DNA of 59,933 bases, counting the filler, from Sphacelaria rigidula (Eukaryota), in the NCBI GenBank assembly GCA_964200075.2. It is 6 parts of 6 records of this genome, joined end to end, with 100 filler letters (N's around TTAATTAATTAA, not from the genome) between each part and the next. Parts side by side here need not be neighbours in the genome. Positions count along the whole stretch, not along the records: positions 20,014 to 29,918 come from CAXNAA020007513.1; positions 30,019 to 39,923 come from CAXNAA020007514.1; 4 more parts are not named here. One strand, 5' to 3'. The notes under the pieces are model-generated. The model did not search any database. It was not told the origin of the DNA and was given only the letters and a program-made list of their open reading frames with translations. A program made the position numbers and the translations under genes. Below, one piece after another: positions 24,417 through 34,287 of the stretch. How positions within the stretch are numbered: the stretch's first letter is position 1; every line of letters begins with the position of its first letter.

Positions 24417-24487
24417 CTGGTGGAGGCGTCTTCCATGTTGGCCGGCGATTCGGTCCCGTTTGCCACGTAGAGGCCGCTCCGCTCCAT
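24417..24487 (-). CDS. RPEL-repeat protein, exon 4
   Basis: ccag|MERSGLYVANGTESPANMEDAST(R)|gtactg; 71 nt, phase 0/2; completes RPSLQE-MERSGL. Confidence 0.8.
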
Positions 24488-25428
24488 CTGGGACCACACC
24501 AGAGCACAAGAAGGAAAACAGAAAACACGCACACAGTAGTTTCAGCGCAAGGCATTTTTCACCGACGCCATTTGGTGAAGGCTGGCCATTTCTAGTCTTC
24601 TTTTTCTTGTTATTCCCGTCTTGTTTTCGATTGTTAGCTTGTTTTTCTTTTCTTTCCTTTTGAGAGTCAGCCAACTCTGTCCTTTCTATCTTTCCTGGTT
24701 TTTTTCTTCACTCTTCTGTTTTGTTTTGCTCCCGTGGGTCTATTATGTGGATAATGACTCCACCCCGGCTGGATCATGACTACCTCGGGGATCGGGTGAG
24801 GTGCGACAATCGATCAATCAAGGGACCAATCAATCAACCACACAAACGCACACGCACAAACACACATCGTCCGTTGTGGTGTTGCATGAACTCAAAAGAG
24901 GCGGGGCAAGGAACGAAATGGGCTGAATGAAATGGACGAAATTGCTGCTCAGGACTCACAGGAAAAAAACCTAAAATGAACAATCCTGTCAAGTGGCGGC
25001 TCTTTTTCAAGTTGAGGCTGTCGCGTTTTCTCTCTTCAATTTGGTAGGGAAAATGATATCAAAATATCAAAATGGATATGGAACAGCTCAATCTCTCTTT
25101 CTCCCTCTCTCTCTCTATCTCTCCCCTCCTCGCTCGCCTGACAAAAAATAGTAAGAAAATATAACAAAGGAACGTATTCAAGAAGGATGAAGAAATAAAG
25201 GCAAGAGTGAAGAATCAAAGACAAGGGAACACAAGACAACACAAGAGAACAGCAAACATGAGAAGACAGAAAAAACAGAGAACAAAATAAAAAAAGGAGA
25301 AATAGAAAAAAAAGGAAAAGAGGAAGAAAAAGAAGAAGAAAAAAAGGAGAAATGAGAAAAAAGAAGTTCAAATCAAGACAAGGGTAGAATGTCAGGACCA
25401 ACAGGCACACTAGCAAGTCTTCGCTTGC

Positions 25429-25561
25429 CTCTTGAAGCGACGGCCTCGCCTCCAGAGCGTGCTTGACGGCGTCAGAAGCCACTTTTCGCTGAAGGCTTTC
25501 CTGCAGCGCAGACTGCGTATGAAGGATACCCTTTTGCCGCAGTTCTCGTCGGTCTGACCGC
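25429..25561 (-). CDS. RPEL-repeat protein, exon 3 (GC donor)
   Basis: acag|(K)RSDRRELRQKGILHTQSALQESLQRKVASDAVKHALEARPSLQE|gcaagc; 133 nt, phase 2/0; carries two RPEL-like motifs. Confidence 0.82.
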
Positions 25562-27263
25562 CTGTTTCATGTTCATGTTAGAAATCGAAGTCGAGACAGT
25601 TCGTTTAGATAAAGTTGAAGGGTGTGCCGGGTACGGTAGGGTATACCCGATATTGTTGATATTTTGCGAAGATGTAGATCCGAACCATCCATCCCACAGT
25701 AGCAGCCAGCCCGGTGCTGTCGTTCCCCTATCTGAAGCCCATGCAAGTCATTGTGGCTGACTCTAGCCAGCTGATGTGCAACTTTTTGGAAATGTGACAA
25801 TACCGGGTATATCCTACACTACCCGACGCACACTTCATAAAATCGATATGATCAGTGTACCGTATTGATTAAAATTACAACTGACTGATACAAACTACAT
25901 ACATGCACTGACCAATTGTTGTTGTCGTTGTTGTTACTCACATCAGCATTTTTTTTCAGAATTCTAGCGTCCGGGGTCGGAAAATCACGGTACGAGAAGA
26001 CAGGGTACAAGAAAAAAAGAGTAAACTCATGGAAAACAAAATACGGCGCCCCTTAGAGCGAAGTTCCACACACACTTCAGCGAAAACAAAACACACGCAC
26101 ACAAAATATACGTACGACTCGAAAGAACGAACTAAAATCGGGCAACGTTGTCGGCTTCATGGTGCGTGGGCCATAGGGGGCAAAGAAAAGGAAAAACGAA
26201 ATAGGGAAGCTACATAGGGCGGCACACCGAGCAAAAGAGGACAGGGCAGAGCAAGGCGAGTCTTGGTGTGTTGGTTGGTGGGCTGATCTGTTGATAAGTA
26301 GGGTTCTATCTCGGCAGCAATGAAGAAAATCATATACACGGAAGATCGGCGAAGCCAAGATATGACAAAAATAATATGCCGCCGCGCCACGATGGGCTAA
26401 TAGTCGTACTGTCACCTTTAGGGTGGGGAAAACGTGGGTTCAAGTCCCGATCTGTTGGGCTATATATTTTCCGTCGGAAGCGTGAATACGTGAGTAAACC
26501 AAAAAACAGCTGACTGAGTTTTTTTCACGACAGTTGACGCGGTGCGGGAGTGCTTGCCCCATCCACCAGACCAATATGTGTGTGATTTCGTCCCATCTAT
26601 TCTGGACGCCGGTCTACACCTTTCGGTATATGTGGGCGCACCAACCGGGGGTCACTCAGGAGGAAGGCCAACACAGGAGATTTTTGTTTGTTTGTTTTCA
26701 TAGTTCTCCACCTTCCTCCTGCGGTGCTCGCCCTTCTTTTTTACCGCGAGAGGAGTTCAGCAGTCCCTTTCTCTCGTCGACCATCAAGTCGAATTTTGTG
26801 TACCCACGACATGGTCGCTCTCCACTGTTGGTCGCCCCGGTGGCTCAGTTGGTAAGCTCGAAACCTTCTGACGGTCGGGTCGTGGGTTCAGATCCCGCAG
26901 CGATCTGGGATTTTCTCTCACGTAATGCCCAACAGTGGAGAGCGACTATGTCATGTGTACACAAAAATCGACTCAACGGTCGACGAGGGAAAGGGAGTGC
27001 TGAACCCCTCTCGCGATAAAAATATTAAAGGCAAGCACCGCAGGAAGAAGGTGGAGAACTACGAAGTGTACGAGAGCAAAAGTAGACTAATTGCCACATG
27101 GGGCTTATTCGTCATTACAATCTTCATTCTCACCTACTCAGTCTCTCTCACTTTCTCGTCTCGCTAAGACGGGGCGTCATGATCCGTTCGAACTCATGAC
27201 GCCCCGTCTCTTTTCTAATAAGAACGATGATATTGTGAGGCTGAGGGCCATTACGTCGCTTAC

Positions 27264-27363
27264 TTGGTGAGCTTGTGCATAAGCATGCGCTTGTTTAGCT
27301 TGAATTCCAGTTCCTTGACCCTCCCCGCTCTTTCGGTCTTGCTCGCGCCACCAGACGACGCCC
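27264..27363 (-). CDS. RPEL-repeat protein, exon 2
   Basis: aag|(G)ASSGGASKTERAGRVKELEFKLNKRMLMHKLT(K)|gtaagc; 100 nt, phase 1/2. Confidence 0.78.
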
Positions 27364-28279
27364 CTTCATGAATTTCATGGGAAAAAAACAAAACAAAACG
27401 AACCAAAATATCGAATATATATCGTTCGATACAGCAGACCTCAGCAAGAGAAACCCAAATGGAAAAATACATCGGCTGGTCCACGGTGAACACCCCAAAT
27501 ACACTTCTCCGCAAACTTGCACATGTGTACTTGAGGTCATCACAAAATTTTCTGACGACGGGATTTTCGACTTACTTTTATCTCGCCGGTTCTCGGGGGT
27601 CTCAGGGTCCTGGGGGATTGAGGGGGATCACATGCCGTCCTGGGACCTCCGATAACCGGCGAAGTAAGGAAAAAATTGAAAAATTCCATCTCCGGAAATT
27701 TCCGCGATGACCTCGAGTACATGTGTGCAATTTTCCAGTCCAACTCCAACAACCTGCGTAAAGTTTTCGCGAAAAATATGCACTCAAGTGTAGGGTGCCC
27801 GACACAACCTCATAGCTACTTCATTTTAGTATGGAAAACCTTCCTCGACGTGAAAACGAATGTTTTTCAAATTACGCTAGGACAAGTAAATTTTTCATTC
27901 TTTATTTTTGACTGTTCAAGGCATTCCGTACCGACTTCCGGGAGTCTCGACGCCTGGCGATACCTGGACCCCCGAAAGACGGTCGAGAGCGGAGAAACTT
28001 TGGATACTTTTTTTGTGACAACTTTTCCTTTCCATTTGGGGCTCAAAATGGCTACGGAACTGCCAAGTTCGTGAGCGATCTGAGCTTTTTTACGGCCGAT
28101 ACAAAAGGAAACCGTCCGGAGGCTTCCTGGGTCTTTGTGCATATCATCAATGGTAATCCGACCTCACGCAAATAAAATCTGGCGACCTGGTACAACAAAG
28201 CCAAGAAAAGGAAATTGCAGGCGTAGATTGCGCATGTTTCCTACATGATGGAAGGTGGGAACAGGGAGCTATAGCTCAC

Positions 28280-28346
28280 CTCCGGTGAGAGAGCGCAGGT
28301 GGCTCTCCAAGTGGTGACGCACAAGGTTTTTCTGCAGGGCTACCGC
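28280..28346 (-). CDS. RPEL-repeat (+PH-like) protein, exon 1 of 6 visible (gene partial, 21047-28346)
   Basis: ccag|AVALQKNLVRHHLESHLRSLTG-G|gtgagc; 67 nt, ends phase 1, matching the next exon. Confidence 0.72.
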
Positions 28347-28419
28347 CTGGCCAGACAGTGAAAGCACAAACACACACACACACACACACAACAGAACACG
28401 CGAAACACATGAGAGTTTC

Positions 28420-28702
28420 AAGAGCGGGAAGGGGTGTACTCGTGATCTTGCATGTCGTAGTCATGAGACCATCGACCTCGCATGCCTACAAAAGCCGGGA
28501 TGGAGCACGCCCGGTTCTCGCCGGACCAGGCTCGCTATCAATCGCCAAGCGCGAAGCGCCGTCATGTGTTCGGCGAGTCGCATGAAGGGTGTGACCAGCC
28601 TCCTGCAAATTTTGTATGTGGATGGCAGTTTACACTGAGTTGATGCACTCTCTGGTATAGTCACTACCAGAGACGGCAACGGGTTACACACTGCCTCATG
28701 GA
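28420..28702 (+). repeat. Dispersed repeat that coincides with contig ends (1-200, 50029-50101 minus, 59875-59933; also 20900-20950 minus)
   Basis: Shared GACCTCGCATCCCTACAAAGCCGGGACGGAGCACGCC...CCAAGCGCGAA. Confidence 0.75.
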
Positions 28703-28925
28703 TGTCTCACCATGAACGAGAGGAGGGGAGGGAGAATCGTTGTTGTTGCTGATATTGTTGTCTTCACATTAAACGGTGGAAAAAAAAGATCGCTACACTG
28801 GGAGATGGACGGTGGCTACAGACGGCGAGACAGGAAGGGGTTGAGATACGCGAAAACGTCGTCATGTAATGAGTGAAAGCAACGTAATGAGCGCCCAAAT
28901 GCTGGAGGTGCCTCTATTAGGAGTA

Positions 28926-29469
28926 CACAAGTGGGCGGTCTAACTTTTCATTTTGTGGCATTCTACAATTATGTCGTAATTGGCGATTTTCTCGGGCTTT
29001 TTTTGCTTGCCACCGCTTATTACATTGGGAATCTGAAGATATTTGTATCCCCTCTACAGTCCAAGAAGAAAAAATCATCTGCACTTGAGTGACTTACGGG
29101 CTGACCGGTCATCGGGGGTCCTGCCGAGTTCCAGTCCAGATTCTTACTCTTCGGTATTTTCGTTCGATCAAGCCTGTCTCAATCATTTTTGTGTGGAAAT
29201 GTACATTTTTATTTTTTCGAAGTTCTACCTCCTGATTGCACTAGAGCCAAAAAACAGTGTTTCACGGTCGATAACACCCTCCTGATCAACTGGGTATTTA
29301 CTCGTATGGCGCGATAATACCATTTGACTTTGACTGGGGCACTGTGTTTCGAGGATGGCCTGTTTGTTGTACCAAAATCTACCGACGGTAGCGATTCCGA
29401 GTTCTATCGAAGAGTAGTACGCGAGGAAAACCCCAAAACACCTCTGAATACTTGGGTCGCCCACTACTG
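28926..29469. mobile_element. Tc1/mariner-type non-autonomous element nested in a LINE tail (related copy at about 6590-7460)
   Basis: TA duplication, imperfect TIR CA(C/G)(A/T)AGTGGGCG; removing it restores GGAGTAGGAACGG as at 29871-29884. Confidence 0.78.
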
Positions 29470-30176
29470 TAGGAACGGTGCTCCGTCTCCAAAGAGGCGC
29501 ATGGTCAACGGTCAAACGACTAAGGCAAGGAACAAATGAGTACGACCCCAATATACGGTGGCAGTCCCAGCACCCTCAGGAGGGGGGATGGGTCGATCCC
29601 TTGAGACCACGGACTCATCCCCAGGAAGTCTGGGGCGGGGGTCGAAAGAGTGACAAAAATAATAATAACAACAGCCACTGACCACCTTCGCCTTTGTATA
29701 TTTTCAACCCTTCCCTCCGTTCCTCGGGAAGGACAGGAAGGCCTCGAGAGATTTGTACTTTTCTCAGGGAAAAAACTTTCCCGAAACATACATATGTATA
29801 TATATAAATATATATATATATATATGTTCATGATAGACTGATGCCGAGATACGTTGGAGGCGTCTCTATTAGGAGTAGGAACGGTGCTCCGTCTCGAAAG
29901 GGATGCGTGGTCAATGGTNNNNNNNNNNNNNNNNNNNNNNNNNNNNNNNNNNNNNNNNNNNNTTAATTAATTAANNNNNNNNNNNNNNNNNNNNNNNNNN
30001 NNNNNNNNNNNNNNNNNNCGAGGTAAGCGTTTTGTCCATTAATGATGCGGGCACACCCGGCCGCTGAAAGCCATGAGAAGCCTGCTCTCAATCGTATCGT
30101 AGACTCTCAATCTCACGAAAACATTGTTTCACTTGTTTTGCGTGAATATTCCAATGCTCGACGGGTACACGTTTAT

Positions 30177-30892
30177 TTGGGTACAGTTCCTCACTCTTGC
30201 CAGCCTCAGCTGGAAGAAGACGGTGGGAGCGATTATAGTCTACAGCGCACAAGCAGTACTACACCTGGCTGTATTCCCATCCCGTGGGAGATCATGACGT
30301 CTTGCACCACCGTGATGGGTGGCACGTGGAGAAATCATCGCAATGCGGCCGAGGTCTGCTTTTTGAAAGTGCTGCGGACCGTACTGTCTGTACTAAAGTT
30401 GTTTGTACAACTGACTCTTGTTACGGTATCGCTGTACAGTGTAATTGTTGGGGGTAGAGTGGACGGAGAGCCATAACTGTCATGCTCATCACAATGAACC
30501 AGTCACGAAGTAGAAACGCTCTGCATCGCAATTGGAAGACCTCCCTGACGCTGCCACGGTATCAGCATCCGCTTGGTTGTTTGGATTGATCAATTGATTG
30601 TCGCACTTCAACTGACCCCCAGGGATCCAGCCGTGGTCCCAGGAGGTTGTGCTGAGTGAAAATTCAAATGCTCGGCGGATAGACGCCGTTGCCTTGGGTG
30701 CAGTTCCTCATTTTTTCCAGCCTCAGCTGTTAGAAGATGGTGTGAACGATTCGTAGTCTACAACGCACAAGTAGTACTACACCTGGCTACATTCCCGTTT
30801 CGTTAGAGGTCATGACTTCTTGCACCACTCTTGTGGGTGGCATGTAGGGCAATCATCACGATGCGGCCTTGTCTATTGTTTGAAAGTGCTGC
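30177..30892. repeat. About 200-bp diverged direct duplication (30177-30375 and 30694-30892)
   Basis: TTGGGT.CAGTTCCTCA...CCAGCCTCAGCTG...TACTACACCTGGCT...TGAAAGTGCTGC in both. Confidence 0.85.
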
Positions 30893-32763
30893 CTACTACT
30901 GTACTGTTGTGCTGCTGTATTGCTGTACAACTGACTGTCTGTACGACGTTGCTGTATGTACTGTTGTAGGGTTCTGCATTGCACTCTCTATACTGCACTG
31001 GCTGTACTCTACACTCTACAACCTCTACAGCACTACAGTACCCTGTGGTGCACCGTGGTGGATTGGAGTACTACAGGTGCAATGAAGCGTTGTGTACGGC
31101 ACGTACGGTGCCGCAGGGTATGGTACAGCAAATGCTGTGTTGACTGGTCCATTTTCGGACTACACCTGACTGCACGCTGGGCGATCGCACATCTATTTGG
31201 TGGCACAACCTGCGGCCAATCACTGCGGGAAGAAAGAAGTCCACACCGAGCCGCGTCACATCAGCTTCCGCTGTGAACATTTTAGTGTCCGCTCTGAAGT
31301 TTCGACGCTTCCACTCTGCACTCTGACTCCATGATCAGAAACGAAATCTTCCGAAACTCTATAATGTTGCACTTACATACACATACATCTGCAGGCACTT
31401 GACCTCGCTTCTCGATCCCCAATTGATTTTTCACGGCCATCAAAACAAGTCAACGGGGTAGTCAGTGCCCCTGCAGAATGTGCCTAACTTCCGGTGCCCC
31501 TCAAAGATTCGTGGAACAGAGACGAAGAGTTTAGCGTCGAGGTAGTCACCAATTTGCGCAGGTGACTGCAATAAGACATTTCTTTCCGAAGCGTCAGGTC
31601 TCCCACGCGGTAAAGACGCAGTCGTGAGACCAGGAGGATGTATGCTGGATGTGTTGTCAGAGCTTTGCAAGTCATGTGGTCTCATTGGCTCCTTGAACCA
31701 AGCGTACATTCCTTGACACGCTGCTCCCCTCCCCGAGTTGCCGTGTCGACGCAAAAGTACACATATATCGAAGCTGACCTTCACTTATATCACAAGAAGC
31801 AGAAACGAGTGCAGGATTGGGCCCTTTCGTAGAACAGCGCAAATAGCACCTATGCGAGGTAAGACTGGTGATGGATCCGGAGAGAAATCTCAATGGGTGT
31901 GGATGGCAACGGCAGGAAACTGCAGCACTAGTACACGGTACATGAAAAGTTGGCAAGGATTGATGACGGCACGCGGTCTGGAGGTGGTGATACAAGGACA
32001 CAAAATACATACGCGTAAGATTGTCCGCCAAAGGTCGAGTCGCATACCGTTACCCCCCCCCACCTGAGATATTCAGTCGCTGACGGATCCGCCTAGGTTG
32101 CTTGAACACCAGACTTCGAGGCGACGCCAACCTTTAAAACCCCACGCCCCACCTCCTCACCCTGAAGGACCGTCGTGAGTCTATGGTTGGAAAGAGCGAG
32201 CAAAGGTCCAGGACGGAGCAATGTCAGAGTGGCTACCAGGAAGCGGAGCCCTGGAAAGCCTGATGCTTCCACGAGTGGACGGGTTCCACGCCCTTCGGCA
32301 TCTGCACCATCCAGCCAAGGCATCAAGTATGCCATCCCGCCCGAGCGCGCCATGTCCCTCTGTCGAGAAGTGATGCTCTGAACTTGTTCCCCGTAGGTTT
32401 CGCATTTCGAGAGGATTTTGACGGAGCTCAGCAAAAAGGACAAGTGTTCGACGACGGACGCTTCGGGAGAGTAATGAGACAACGAAGACTGCGTGGAGTC
32501 TTCAAGTGAAGAGCTCCAGTAAGTGGCCCAGACGAGCGAGCCGATGGCGTTAAAAACATTAATATTGTACAAAGGAAAGAACAGGAGACCATTTTGTGGT
32601 GCATTACAGGAGCGAGCAGCGTTTTTAATTTGTATGCTATTCTATTTTATAGCAATGAGCAGTAGTTCAGAACCGTTTCTTTTCATCAGAACAGCTGTTC
32701 AGTACTTATTTATTTTGTCTACTCTCTTCGGGTCTGTTTTCACTTGTGTTTTCCCGTTGATCA

Positions 32764-33467
32764 TGTCCCGCACAAAGGAGCCCAACGAAAGTGGTTCGTC
32801 TACGGTGTAGAGGTCAACGATGCATACGATTGGGTCACTGCGGCGAAGGATCTGGCCAAATGGCATACTGGAGTCGAAAAGGGAGCGGAAGAGTTCGAGG
32901 ACACGTGGCGACGCGCGGACAAGCGAGAATCAGACCAACGTCACAAGCGAGAGGCTGCTACGTCGAGGGCTGCTGATCGAAAAATCCTGTCCTCTCATAT
33001 CGGTTCTTGATTATGTCCTTAGTCGGTGGCTCCGCGGTGCCCACTGGTGTGTGTCTGCATCTACTCTGCTGCCATGAATCCCTTAGGCTCTTTTCTTTCT
33101 TTCTTTCCTTTTTTTTTCCCCCCATCGTTCTATTGTTGTTTTTTTCCATCTTTACATTATACTTTTTTATTCAATTTGTACTTTCCTCTTGTTTTCCTCT
33201 TTCTTGCTTTAGGTCGGCCATTTTTTTCTGTGCTTTGCTTGTGTTGAATTGTTATTACTTCTTTTTGTCACGACTTGGTCTGCTATGTCGTTCTGTTCCA
33301 CCCCTCTTTTTCCTTTTTTTTCTGTTCTTATTGTTTTCTGTTCCTTTCTCTTTTTTCCCTTAGAGCGTGTTTGAATTCCGTTTTTCTTGAGTACGTCTAT
33401 CATGAGACCACGGCTGGACCCCTGGGAGGTCAGTTAAAGTGCGACATTTAATCAAATATATCAAATC
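32764..33467 (+). mobile_element. 5'-truncated non-LTR retrotransposon (RTE-like) 3' end
   Basis: ORF end WVTAAKDLAKWHTGVEKGAEEFEDTWRRAD, pyrimidine-rich UTR, tail CCACGGCTGGA...GTCAGTT(A/G)AAGTGCGACA(ATCA)n; the tail recurs at about 7470-7620, 23545-23700, 24762-24840, 30583-30640, 57825-57970; clade assignment is inference. Confidence 0.6.
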
Positions 33468-34178
33468 AGTACGCTTCACAGGGTTTCGTCACCCCGTATA
33501 ATATGTTGTACAGTGTTTATAGCGCACATGAAATATGCTCATATAGCATGGGCATGGTAACGGCAGAAAAAAACGATCGAGGTATCAAACTCATGTTCTT
33601 TTGCTGGGAAACACAACGAGTTGTACATTGAGCTACCCGATTTGTTGTTGGTGAAAAAAATTGTACTTCTAATAAATATCGAGCAAAAACCTCCATAAAC
33701 AAAAGAATGATTGAATGAGTGTTTTTACTCAACATGATTTGGTTTGTCTTATTGGTAGACACTGGTCCATGGGGTTTTTATAAACTATGTGCATTCATAT
33801 GCGAGGTATACACCATCGTTCCAGCATCCACGCTTGAAACCAAAGCGTTGTATCTAAGCTCAGGCGTGTGGACATACACTCGTTAGCAGTGTTTGACATC
33901 TGTATTCAGAAAAAGCTGTTGAGAATTTTATCCTTTAGCCCAATTGCTGTATATATTGGGGGGCAAGAGGATGAATTATTTTCAACAATTCTTGCTGCAT
34001 CTCAAATCCCATCCGCTGAATATGGTGTAGTGCGCGGAACTTGCACAGTTGAAGCTCTTCGCATTAAGCTCTCTTTTTGCCCAATTTCCGGATGAATCAG
34101 CGAGCAAAGCCAGGGCAAAGTGAGGATTTATTTCGAGCTTCTTCTCCTGTACATTTTCCAAATCTGCCAGTGTGTATC

Positions 34179-34287
34179 GGATTTGTGGAGCAGATGAAGC
34201 TGTTTAAAATGAATCCTTTTTTTGCCCAATTATTAATTGGGCAAAAAAAGGATTCATTTTAAACAGCTTCATCTGCTCCACAAATCC
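34179..34287. repeat. Perfect palindrome, 53-bp arms, 3-nt centre
   Basis: 34179-34231 is the exact reverse complement of 34235-34287; lies within degenerate GAAGCT...TTTGCCCAATT repeats at 33910-34480. Confidence 0.95.
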
